Shown: positions 1-8,705 of the stretch, piece by piece | Layout: each line of letters starts with the position of its first letter | Position numbering within the stretch: the first letter of the stretch is position 1 | NCBI GenBank assembly: GCA_038896555.1 | Contig: JAWACZ010000005.1 | Coordinates: 1 to 63,470 of the forward strand | DNA from: Candidatus Caldarchaeum sp. | Lineage (GTDB): Archaea > Thermoproteota > Nitrososphaeria_A > Caldarchaeales > Caldarchaeaceae | Direction of reading: 5' to 3' | Length of the DNA stretch: 63,470 nt | Made by a program: the position numbers and the translations under genes | The notes under the pieces: model-generated | Told to the model about the DNA's origin: nothing | Database searches by the model: none | Seen by the model: only the letters and a program-made list of their open reading frames with translations

Positions 1-577
<577 letters not shown>

Positions 578-852
578 TGCCTGGGTCGTACGGTGCGGAG
601 GAGTTTGCGAGGGCTTGGCCCGTGATTAGACCTGAGCTCATCCATGCTCGAGGTCCTCATCTTATACCCCTGGTTGGAGGCCGTTCCCTCATCCCGTTGG
701 GAGCGTCACTCCCTTGGGTCTGGGTCGGAGCCGCCGTCTTGACCGGGGCAGATAATAATGTGTCACTGCTACTTTTAAACATATCGCCGCTCCTTTTGTA
801 TGCAGGAGTCTTGATCAAACCGTGCTCGGGCCAGAGGATCTGGGAAAGTTTA

Positions 853-1272
853 TGCAGACAAGGGGGATTATAGGTGAGTTCATACGGCTCAGGCCTAACG
901 AGGCTATGACTTCTGCTTCGGCTGCCGCCGCTGTCAAAGTGGAATTGCAAAGAACATCGTGCTTGTCGGCGAGAACAAATACATCCTAATCATCTCAGGC
1001 GATAAAAAAGTCTACCTAGGAAAGTTCTCGAGAGTGGTGAATGACGATGTGAGGCTCGCTAAACCGGAAGAGGTGTTGAGATTTACCGGCTACCCAGTAG
1101 GGAGCGTGCCGCCTATCGGACATGTTGACGGAGTGAAAATCTTCATCGACTCTTCAGTCAAACGTCATGGGCTCGTCTACACTTCGGGAGGAGCGGACAA
1201 TATGTGTTGAGGATAAGGGTTGACGTGCTGCAACCCGCTTCCGCTGCCGAAGTCGTTGATGTTGCAAAATGA
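853..1272 (+). pseudogene. YbaK/ProX-type aminoacyl-tRNA deacylase domain gene, broken into three reading frames
   Basis: Frame 1 from the ATG at 853 gives MQTRGIIGEFIRLRPNEAMTSASAAAAVKV. Frame 2 (track ORF 959..1210) continues IAKNIVLVGENKYILIISGDKK...GYPVGSVPPIGH...TSGGADNM. A third frame gives VLRIRVDVLQPASAAEVVDVAK and stops at 1270-1272. Joined, they give a YbaK-like domain of about 140 aa, which requires two frameshifts (near 935-945 and 1200-1207). Confidence 0.5.
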
Positions 1273-1323
1273 CACGCGTGTTCGAACGAAACAACTTTAT
1301 TCAAGCTGTTCATATAACGTGAC

Positions 1324-1464
1324 ATGGTGAAGCTGTCGAAGACGCGGTTCTGGGACGTGTTCTCGACTTTCGCCTATTTCCTAGTGTTCTTGGCGATGAT
1401 GATTGCGGTTGTTGGCCTGGCGCTGTTTGTGATGATGCAGCCTCAGCTTTTAGGCATCGCGTGA
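1324..1464 (+). CDS. Small single-pass membrane protein (46 aa, below the ORF-track cutoff)
   Basis: ATG at 1324 and TGA at 1462-1464. Translation is MVKLSKTRFWDVFSTFAYFLVFLAMMIAVVGLALFVMMQPQLLGIA, with one clear hydrophobic helix. An AT-rich TTTATT box lies about 25-30 nt upstream. No homology evidence. Confidence 0.3.
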   Translation: MVKLSKTRFWDVFSTFAYFLVFLAMMIAVVGLALFVMMQPQLLGIA

Positions 1465-1468
1465 CATG

Positions 1469-1478
1469 TTTAAATAAA
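1469..1478 (+). promoter_or_regulatory. TATA box of the 5S rRNA gene
   Basis: TTTAAATAAA is centred about 24 nt upstream of the predicted 5S 5' end, which is the canonical archaeal TATA-to-start spacing. Confidence 0.5.
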
Positions 1479-1496
1479 GCTCAGCAGTTGTTGAGG

Positions 1497-1616
1497 TGGC
1501 GCCGGTCATAGGATGGGGGAAACGCCCGGTCTCAGCCGAACCCGGAAGCTAAGCCCCATCCGCACGGCATTAGTGAGGTGGGAGACCCCTCGCGAAAGCC
1601 GTGTGCCGGCGTCCAA
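1497..1616 (+). rRNA. 5S rRNA
   Basis: About 120 nt. The terminal helix GGCGCCGG (about 1498-1505) pairs with CCGGCGTC (about 1607-1614). The conserved internal 5S segment CCCGGTCTCAGCCGAACCCGGAAGCTAAGCC is present. Confidence 0.85.
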
Positions 1617-1617
1617 A

Positions 1618-2133
1618 TTATGGTTTTAGAAGCATGGCCTCAGTAGCTTTTATAATGACGTAGACCCGGTCTCCGCGCTTCACGTTTAAACGTTTCAGGC
1701 TTTCGGTTGTGACTACCGATTTTATTTCCTGTTGGCTGTCCAGACTTACGCGGACCATGCTGATAAGGCCGCTTTCAACAACCTCTTCGACATATCCACT
1801 CAGCATGTTTTTTGCGCTAAGCCTCGACTCTATTAAGGACTTGATAAAGCCTGGCTTTGTGCTTGACATTACAGTGTAGTATGACTCGAGCAGTTTGATC
1901 CCTATTTCAGTCAACTCGGTTTTCCCACCGTGTTTTCCACCCTTGACCGATTTAACCGGCTTACCGCCGCATTCTCTCTCGATTTCCTTAAGCCAGTTTA
2001 ACCCGGTCCTATAGCTTATGCCCGCATGACTGCATGCAGAGCTTATGCTATAGTTTCTCCTAATTTCGTCGAGGAATTCTAGACGAGAGGGCGGAATCCG
2101 GATTTTTCTGCCGTTAAGCTCTATGACAAACAT
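1618..2133 (-). CDS. ModE-like molybdate-responsive transcriptional regulator (N-terminal HTH plus C-terminal TOBE/Mop domain)
   Basis: 171 aa. The N-terminal half resembles the ModE HTH (SISSACSHAGISYRTGLNWLKEIE). The C-terminus SAKNMLSGYVEEV...VRVSL...IKSVVTTESLKRLNVKRGDRVYVIIKATEAML is a typical Mop/TOBE domain. It is divergent from a Mo/W ABC transporter operon. Confidence 0.75.
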   Translation of the reverse strand: MFVIELNGRKIRIPPSRLEFLDEIRRNYSISSACSHAGISYRTGLNWLKEIERECGGKPVKSVKGGKHGGKTELTEIGIKLLESYYTVMSSTKPGFIKSLIESRLSAKNMLSGYVEEVVESGLISMVRVSLDSQQEIKSVVTTESLKRLNVKRGDRVYVIIKATEAMLLKP

Positions 2134-2200
2134 ATCGATATGTATCGTTATGTAAAATCCGACTAATATATTTAAAGCAGCCCATTATAATGGGTTATCC

Positions 2201-3061
2201 ATGGGAAAAATTAGCAGATCGACCGCCTTGGCGGCAACGCTAATCCTGTCTTTAGGGTTGTTCATCGTGATGGCGATTGCTTTGCTTACAGAGCCGCCGG
2301 CCGCTGTTGTCTACTCTGCCCCTACCCTACGCGGTGTTTCGGATGAACTCGTCAAGATAGCTGGAATGCCGCTGGATGTTCAGGTTCATGGCAGCGTTTT
2401 CGCCGCAAACCTCATTAAATCAGGTAAAGTCCCAGACCTATTCCTGTCGGTCGATAGCGAGCTGAAAGAGGGGTTGAACTACAAGACCATTAAGCTGATA
2501 GGCGTCTACCGATTGGTTTTAGTCTGCGCAAAGAACTTTCAGGGACTCGACGCCTTGAAAACTGTAAGAATAGGTATCGCTGACCCAAATCAAGCACCCA
2601 TAGGATACAGGGCCCTCGCCGCGATGTATCTCATCTCAGAAAGAGAAGGCCTTGGGATCCTTCAAGAGTTGGAGTCGAAGCTAAATGTCAAATTTGTTTC
2701 CGACGATAATTCGGTCAGAATAGTTGCTTCAGAAATATCTCCCTCGGGAAGGTTCTTTATGAGGCCTAACTTAGATGTCGTAGGTTCGCTTTTAGAGTCA
2801 GGGGCGGTTGACTGTATTTTCGCCCATATCCCGTTCGTTATAGCACGCAATCTCTTCAAGGACTATAACGTGATAGAGCTACCAGAATACACAAGGTTCG
2901 ACACAAACCCGCCAATAGACATGTCTGTTCAGCTGAAAAGCGGCCTAGTTAAAATAATCAGGTTTGAAGCTGTTGCTCTGTCGTTTTCTGAGAAGGGAGA
3001 TAAATTGATTCAGTTGATCGACAGGATAGACGTTAGCAAATATGGTATCGCGCGAGGTTGA
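2201..3061 (+). CDS. Molybdate/tungstate ABC transporter substrate-binding protein (ModA/WtpA family)
   Basis: 286 aa with an N-terminal membrane anchor or signal, followed by a periplasmic-binding-protein-like sequence (VYSAP...VHGSVFAANLIKSGKVPDLFLSVD). It is first in an operon with a permease and an ATPase and lies next to the ModE-like gene. TATA ATATATTTAAA lies about 25-30 nt upstream. Confidence 0.65.
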   Translation: MGKISRSTALAATLILSLGLFIVMAIALLTEPPAAVVYSAPTLRGVSDELVKIAGMPLDVQVHGSVFAANLIKSGKVPDLFLSVDSELKEGLNYKTIKLIGVYRLVLVCAKNFQGLDALKTVRIGIADPNQAPIGYRALAAMYLISEREGLGILQELESKLNVKFVSDDNSVRIVASEISPSGRFFMRPNLDVVGSLLESGAVDCIFAHIPFVIARNLFKDYNVIELPEYTRFDTNPPIDMSVQLKSGLVKIIRFEAVALSFSEKGDKLIQLIDRIDVSKYGIARG

Positions 3062-3771
3062 GGCTTATGAAGACTTCGGTCCTGAAAACCGCTGTGGTTA
3101 TAGCCGCCTTCTCCTACCCCTTGATATTACTAACACCTGGTTTTCTGTATCCGGGGTTGTATTTAGCCCCAGACCCGATAACCCCCCTCGTTAATACAGT
3201 TGTTTTTTCATCGATCGCGACGGTCATGGCTTTTCCAGCGGCCTTAATTGTTGCTTTTTACGCCAGTAAACGTGGACTGGCCTGGATAACACCCCTCCTC
3301 ACATTCTCGACAGCAATCCCCCACACAGCCCTAGGCCTGCTACTGCTACCCTTGTTCACGCGACTCGGGTTTATCGACACAGCTCCCGCAATAATCATCT
3401 CAATGATTGTAGTATCGCTGCCAATAGGAATAGGTGTTCTAACATCTACCTTCTCATCTGTTCAAAGATCGCTTGACGACTTTTTACAGCCACTCGGTTT
3501 AAGCGATCCGCAAATAATTTGGATGCATTTGCGGGCCATCCCGTCAGGCATCGTGGTATCTAGCTTGCTGATGTGGTTGAGAAACTTTTCCGAGCTGGGT
3601 GTTTTTCTGATAGTGGCGAACAGGCCTCAAACGGTGGGAATTTACTTGTTCTCAATCTTCAACCAAGGTGGGGCTGCTGCATCCATTCTCTACGCCATAC
3701 TGTTTGGATTGATAGGGCTCGCCTTCAGTTTTCTGCTCTATCTGGTGTCGCGTGGGACGCGGGTTGATTAA
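3058..3771 (+). CDS. Molybdate/tungstate ABC transporter permease
   Basis: 237 aa polytopic membrane protein of the ABC permease type. Its start overlaps the upstream stop (ATGA-type coupling). Confidence 0.7.
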   Translation: MRLMKTSVLKTAVVIAAFSYPLILLTPGFLYPGLYLAPDPITPLVNTVVFSSIATVMAFPAALIVAFYASKRGLAWITPLLTFSTAIPHTALGLLLLPLFTRLGFIDTAPAIIISMIVVSLPIGIGVLTSTFSSVQRSLDDFLQPLGLSDPQIIWMHLRAIPSGIVVSSLLMWLRNFSELGVFLIVANRPQTVGIYLFSIFNQGGAAASILYAILFGLIGLAFSFLLYLVSRGTRVD

Positions 3772-3773
3772 CT

Positions 3774-4463
3774 ATGCTTAAGTTAATGGATCTCGAGGTA
3801 AGAAGAAGAAATTTTACGGTGTCGGTTGACCGTCTTGAGTTGGATGGGAGTTCTGTTTTATTGGGCCGAAACGGTTCAGGTAAATCAACTCTGCTTAGAT
3901 GTATTGCGGGGTTCATCAAACCATCCAAAGGCAAGATAATCATAGATGGCGTGGACGTGACCGATACGCCACCAGCCATGAGGGTAATAGGATACATGCC
4001 TCAAGAACAGGTGAAACTGCCTTTAAAACCATCTAAAGCACTGGAGTATTTTGCTAAAAAATTTAACGTAGACCCATCAACTATCTTGAAGGAGTCTGGG
4101 CTGGATTATATTTTAGAAAAAGAAGCGTTGTCTGTTGGAGAGAGTCAGATCATGAACGTGGCGATAATTTTGATGAGACGCCCTAAGTTGCTCCTCCTCG
4201 ACGAGCCTACTTCGAACTTTGACTTCATCAACAAAATTGCTTTCTGCAGATTCCTAAAGAAGCTATCCATTCCGATGGTTTATGTCACTCACGACCCGTT
4301 AGAAGCATCATTGATAGCTGACAGGATCTACCTCATGGAAAACGGGCTTGTAAAAAAGTCATACACAAACCTACTTAAGGAGAAGGCAGAGAAGATGCTG
4401 GAGGAATTTAACCTTTACAGATTGTTAGATTCGGTGGCTGATTTCCCTTTTCAAAGGGTGTAG
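3774..4463 (+). CDS. ABC transporter ATP-binding protein (Mo/W transporter ATPase)
   Basis: Walker A GRNGSGKST, signature-like LSVGESQ and Walker B LLLLDEPTSNFD. It is the third gene of the operon. Confidence 0.75.
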   Translation: MLKLMDLEVRRRNFTVSVDRLELDGSSVLLGRNGSGKSTLLRCIAGFIKPSKGKIIIDGVDVTDTPPAMRVIGYMPQEQVKLPLKPSKALEYFAKKFNVDPSTILKESGLDYILEKEALSVGESQIMNVAIILMRRPKLLLLDEPTSNFDFINKIAFCRFLKKLSIPMVYVTHDPLEASLIADRIYLMENGLVKKSYTNLLKEKAEKMLEEFNLYRLLDSVADFPFQRV

Positions 4464-4500
4464 AAATAGACTTAAGTAGGTTTTTAGCGTATCGTCTCCG

Positions 4501-4602
4501 GGGGGTGTAGCCGAGCAAGGCCAAGGCGTCGGGCTCCAGATCACGTCCAGCTGGTCATGAGGCGCTACCCGAAGACCGTGGGTTCAAGTCCCACCACCCC
4601 CA
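4501..4602 (+). tRNA. tRNA-Trp (CCA) with a canonical-position intron of about 27 nt
   Basis: Acceptor GGGGGTG pairs with CACCCCC, with discriminator A. The T arm is GTGGG-TTCAAGT-CCCAC. The anticodon stem TCGGG pairs with CCCGA only after removing about 4540-4566. The loop is CU-CCA-G(intron)A, so the intron follows position 37. Confidence 0.8.
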
Positions 4603-4625
4603 AGCTCGTTTGAACCTGCTCCGAG

Positions 4626-5411
4626 ATGTTCACCACATATCATACCAAACTTTTAAATCCTCTGGCTACCTTTTCAAAAACTGACATAATCATGGTAGAG
4701 GTTGACGAAGGCATGAAGCGTGCGTTGATGAACACGATAGCCGGCGAGGTCATATTTTCCAGCCGGCCTGGTGACGTGTTGAAAAAATGGAGGCTTTTGT
4801 TTGAGGAAAGTCAGAAAAACCTTGCTGAGGCAATGGGGGTGGCTTCTTCGGTGCTGAGCGACTATGAGAAAAGCAGGCGAAAGTCTCCAGGAACAGAGTT
4901 CATCAAAAAATACGTTACCGCATTGATTTCTTTAGACGAAGCCAAGGGAGGGCAACATATCAAGAAGTTCGCCGGGGCTGTGAAGGATTTATCAGGCGTA
5001 GTGCTGGGGATGGCTGAGTATACCTCGCCCAAAACACTTGCGCAGGTCGCCAAAGCTCTCAAAGGTGTATGGCTTGCTGGGCAGAGCATGATGGATTCTT
5101 TTGTTTACGGATACACTGTCATCGACAGCCTCCAAGCTATTCGAAGGCTTGAATCCCATGATTTCCTCCGGCTTTTCGGAGGCAACTCTGTCAGGGTTGT
5201 TGTTTTCACTAATGTTTCGAGGGGGCGTTCGCCCATAATAGCCGCTAAAATCTTTCCAATAAGACCTAGGATGATAGCGATACATGGGCCTAAATCCGCT
5301 GAGGAAGTAGACAGGTTTGCAGTTGAGCTGGCTGCCGCAGAGGGCATACCTTATGTGCTGTCTCTGCATGAAAACGTGGAAACAATTCTAAACGCTCTTA
5401 ACTCGCTGTAG
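4626..5411 (+). CDS. XRE-family HTH transcriptional regulator with a C-terminal domain (COG1395-like archaeal regulator)
   Basis: HTH_3-like segment SQKNLAEAMGVASSVLSDYEKSRRKSPGTEFIKKYVTAL. The true start may be an internal Met (MVEVDEG... or MKRAL...). Confidence 0.55.
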   Translation: MFTTYHTKLLNPLATFSKTDIIMVEVDEGMKRALMNTIAGEVIFSSRPGDVLKKWRLLFEESQKNLAEAMGVASSVLSDYEKSRRKSPGTEFIKKYVTALISLDEAKGGQHIKKFAGAVKDLSGVVLGMAEYTSPKTLAQVAKALKGVWLAGQSMMDSFVYGYTVIDSLQAIRRLESHDFLRLFGGNSVRVVVFTNVSRGRSPIIAAKIFPIRPRMIAIHGPKSAEEVDRFAVELAAAEGIPYVLSLHENVETILNALNSL

Positions 5412-5835
5412 GCGCGGCCGTTCTTCTCACAAGCTTTGCGTTGAGTATTCCATTGACATACCTTAATTCACGTAAAATCGCTTCAAAAGGGAGTTTCACC
5501 GTCCTTTTGAACCCCATCCCGCCGGTGAGAATAAGCTTTCTCCCCAACAGCTCAACCCTCACCTTGCTCTCTGGCCCCGGAACCTGAGCAGTCAAATCCA
5601 CAACGTCCCCCTCATGCCTTATCTCCAGCAGGAAGTCATCCCATGATGTGGAGCTAAAACTTTGGCGGAGCGCTTTGAACCAGTAGAATGCAAGACCAAC
5701 CGCTATGCCGCCGAGAATTAGGCCGAGAAGACCGGCCTGAAGCCTGAGTAGAAAAGACAGTAAGGAGACCACAACCAATGCAAGTAGGAGGTACCCGAAG
5801 AGACGCTGACCTCCCGCTTGCGCCTTGCTGCTCAA
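5398..5835 (-). CDS. Membrane-anchored Hsp20/alpha-crystallin-like protein
   Basis: The N-terminal about 55 aa form two hydrophobic helices. The C-terminus DDFLLEIRHEGDVVDLTAQVPGPESKVRVELLGRKLILTGG...FKRTVKLPFEA...YVNGILNAKL follows the alpha-crystallin domain (ACD) pattern. Its start overlaps the stop of the UPF0182 gene. Confidence 0.45.
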   Translation of the reverse strand: MSSKAQAGGQRLFGYLLLALVVVSLLSFLLRLQAGLLGLILGGIAVGLAFYWFKALRQSFSSTSWDDFLLEIRHEGDVVDLTAQVPGPESKVRVELLGRKLILTGGMGFKRTVKLPFEAILRELRYVNGILNAKLVRRTAAPTAS

Positions 5836-8684
5836 CTGCCCACCACCACCTGCACGTATCTGAGGACCGTCACGCCTGACTGCGGATATATAGCGCCCAA
5901 ATATAAGCTATCCCCAGAAACCCAGTGTACAATAATCGCGCCGTATGCCCTCCAAGACTCTATAAACTGCTGGAATAGCTGTTTAACTTTTTCGAAATCC
6001 TGTTCGGTTGTGTAGTTTAGGCTGGAATGTCTGTAGACTATGTTTGCATTTATCCGCTCCGCTTCCTCCGCGTCAAGACCCATCTCGGCAAGGAGCGTTT
6101 TCACCTTTTTCATCCTCTCCTCACGTGTGAGGACGGGTGTGGGAGGACGTGCTTGCTCGCCTGCAAGCTTGAGGAGATAGTTTTCGAAAGCCTTCTCAAC
6201 CGTGTTGCCGAGCCCAACATAGTAGAGGCCTGTAAACGCAGCGCCAACCACAGCAATCGTACCTATCTGGGTCACAACACCTTCTCCTTCTCTCGCAGTG
6301 TAGACGGGAATGATGTAGATGGGGTGTTCGCCCACCTCATAAAATATTGTCTCTCCTATACGTGGTGACGCAAGCAGCGTGCTCAGTGTTCTGAAGTCGG
6401 GGTCGCGTTGAAGGGCTTGGAGAGCGGCGGAAGGTCCTAGAAGCTTGGTAGGAGAATCCAAGGGAACCTTGTAAAAGTACATCTCGCCTGTGTGTGGATA
6501 ATCGTTGCGGACAACCGCGTATCCTGCTAGGTTTAACCCTCTTGCCCCCTTAAGCTCGAGCGAGAGAATGCCTATGAACTCGAGGCTGTCGGAGTTCGGA
6601 AGTCTTGCGATCACAAAGTAAACATCCACACCCTGAGGTATCTCATAAAACTCTCTGGCTTGTATGAATGTTGCAGGATCTTGAACATGGTATATAGAGA
6701 ACTGACGCACCTGGTATTCGAAAAGCTCTGCCGGGTATCTTATCTGCTTTGTCAACCACTGTGGAATTTCCCGTGACACATATTGGGAATAAACGTTTTC
6801 AAACAAGTTTGTGAAAAAGTCTTTCCCAAGGATTATCAGTTTGACTGAACCGTCGTAAACATCGACCAGCGTTAAACCTACAAACCTTACGAAGCTGTTT
6901 CCCCTTGACCAGGGGGTTTTATCCGTTGGAAGAGAAACAATCAAAGGCATCATCCAATATGTTTTAACACCGTCTGTTACTGGAAACATGTCAACATACT
7001 CTTGTCTGAAAACATAGCTGAAGTAGGGAAAAAGCAAAGCCACTCTTTCGTGTACATCCCTGTAACGCAGCAAAGTGATTGTCCTGTCGGGATAGCTCAG
7101 GAAGAAAGTTACGTCGTAAAACCAGCTGAACGGAGGACTTACCCTGACCCCACCTTCACCTCTATAGACAGAACCCCCTATCTCATCTGGAATTTCTTTT
7201 CCTTCAACTATTGCTGCCCAAGTTGCTGAGAAAAGACTTCGGGCGCCTCCTTCGCCGTAGTAAATTCTTCTTTCGCTGAAGAACCTGGAGCTGTCGACCA
7301 CCTCGCCTTGATATGCGTCTAGCATTAGAAAGCCCTGGGGTATGTGTGTGTATACAAGATGCTCGTTGTACCATCGGTCCGCCGGCGTTACCGTCGGCGG
7401 TAGAACCGGCTTCATCGAAGCGCTCCAGTATAGGCTTCCGTTAAAACGGAGTATGTCCGAATCCTCGAAATCGATGTAGGGTATCAGACCTATCTCCGGC
7501 CTTAGTTTTGCGAAGGCTGCATCCCAGTCCCACAGCCTTGTACGGCTTAGAATCTCCTTGTTCGAGTTTATGATCGTGCCGACGTCAGAAGCTTTTACAT
7601 CCATCTTGCTGAAGTTGTATTGAAACACCTTGATGTTCAAGTCGACGAGATACCTGTTTACCTGTATCTCCTGTGTAACATAAGGCCCTCTGTACTCTAT
7701 TTTCTGGCCGTCGGCGATGGTGTTCTGCATAGTTACAACTGACGCTGTTGCAAGAGCCAGTATTACCAACAAACCCGTCCTCAGGTAAATGCTGTTGAGA
7801 AACCTTCTCCCGGTTAGGTCAAGGTAACCGTACAAGGCCAGTATGGCTGCTGCTGCGAAACACGCGACGATCAGAACCTTTGAGTTGTAGTCTATGTATG
7901 TGCTGAAGAAGAGGTTGAAGCCGGTCCAGGCCAGGCCTAGGCTTGCGAGAAACTCTAGAGTTGATACCTTCACAGTTATTGTTCCAGTTTCACCGAATGA
8001 AACTAAAGCCTTTGTAAAGACTTTAACGATGTTGGTCAAACCCACTAGGAGCAACAGCCTTACGCCCAAAGCGCTGAAAACAGGTGGGAGTAAAAGTATC
8101 AAAGCAGGCGATGCCTGTATTACCGCAGCGGCGCCGCTTGTATCGCCCGGTCTGAAATTTGTAAACGGCAGCAACAGTATCTTAGGTACTTCGTTGAGGC
8201 CTGATTCCCAGCCGTTTAGTAAAGCTAGGAAAGACATGCCGAACACGCTGTTGGAAAAGATGAAAATTCCCAACAGCAGTTTAGTAACCTGCCAAGCTGT
8301 AAAGGTCTGTACTGACAGCCGAAACCTCTCGAAATCCAGTATCCGAGGTGAAAAACCGCCGCGCAGCATGACTAACATGGTTCGCAAGGCCCAGATTGTT
8401 ACAGACTTTCTTGAGCGAAAGTCAAGCCTGAACAACGCCACGAACGAAAGCACAGTCCCCCCTACTATGGAGAAGTAAAACGGAAGGATGAAAAGATCCC
8501 CAAACTCTAGGACGTTCAAGTATACGTTAAGGAATGAACTGCCGGCTAAGGCAACGAACAAGAAAACGACAATGAGGATTACTGCAGCCGTGGTGGTGCT
8601 CCTACGAGAAACCAATCCCAATTCCTTGTCATAATCCAAACGGGACGTATTATACGTTATCACAAATTGTTTTTTAGAAAGCAT
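5832..8684 (-). CDS. UPF0182 family large membrane protein (COG1615)
   Basis: 950 aa. It has an N-terminal multi-TM region followed by a large soluble part with UPF0182-like stretches (RLWDWD..., WYNEHLVYTHIPQGF). Confidence 0.7.
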   Translation of the reverse strand: MLSKKQFVITYNTSRLDYDKELGLVSRRSTTTAAVILIVVFLFVALAGSSFLNVYLNVLEFGDLFILPFYFSIVGGTVLSFVALFRLDFRSRKSVTIWALRTMLVMLRGGFSPRILDFERFRLSVQTFTAWQVTKLLLGIFIFSNSVFGMSFLALLNGWESGLNEVPKILLLPFTNFRPGDTSGAAAVIQASPALILLLPPVFSALGVRLLLLVGLTNIVKVFTKALVSFGETGTITVKVSTLEFLASLGLAWTGFNLFFSTYIDYNSKVLIVACFAAAAILALYGYLDLTGRRFLNSIYLRTGLLVILALATASVVTMQNTIADGQKIEYRGPYVTQEIQVNRYLVDLNIKVFQYNFSKMDVKASDVGTIINSNKEILSRTRLWDWDAAFAKLRPEIGLIPYIDFEDSDILRFNGSLYWSASMKPVLPPTVTPADRWYNEHLVYTHIPQGFLMLDAYQGEVVDSSRFFSERRIYYGEGGARSLFSATWAAIVEGKEIPDEIGGSVYRGEGGVRVSPPFSWFYDVTFFLSYPDRTITLLRYRDVHERVALLFPYFSYVFRQEYVDMFPVTDGVKTYWMMPLIVSLPTDKTPWSRGNSFVRFVGLTLVDVYDGSVKLIILGKDFFTNLFENVYSQYVSREIPQWLTKQIRYPAELFEYQVRQFSIYHVQDPATFIQAREFYEIPQGVDVYFVIARLPNSDSLEFIGILSLELKGARGLNLAGYAVVRNDYPHTGEMYFYKVPLDSPTKLLGPSAALQALQRDPDFRTLSTLLASPRIGETIFYEVGEHPIYIIPVYTAREGEGVVTQIGTIAVVGAAFTGLYYVGLGNTVEKAFENYLLKLAGEQARPPTPVLTREERMKKVKTLLAEMGLDAEEAERINANIVYRHSSLNYTTEQDFEKVKQLFQQFIESWRAYGAIIVHWVSGDSLYLGAIYPQSGVTVLRYVQVVVGS

Positions 8685-8705
8685 TCACAACAAGGTCGGT
8701 AAGTC

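Noticed and set aside
2136-2147. The palindrome CGATA-TG-TATCG just upstream of the ModE-like start, as a ModE operator
   Set aside because: It has only 5+5 bp and does not extend. It is too short to distinguish from chance, and archaeal ModE sites are not defined well enough to compare.
4540-4566. The tRNA-Trp intron as a host for a box C/D guide RNA, as in some euryarchaea
   Set aside because: The intron is only about 27 nt and has no C (RUGAUGA) or D (CUGA) boxes.
7894-8478. Long antisense or alternative-frame ORFs inside large genes (for example 7894..8478, 12735..13397, 20439..20903, 28126..28692, 38788..39252, 47865..48425, 51592..52026, 61445..61945)
   Set aside because: Each lies wholly inside a well-supported gene on the other strand or frame and has a compositionally odd translation. 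They are shadow ORFs typical of moderately GC-rich DNA.
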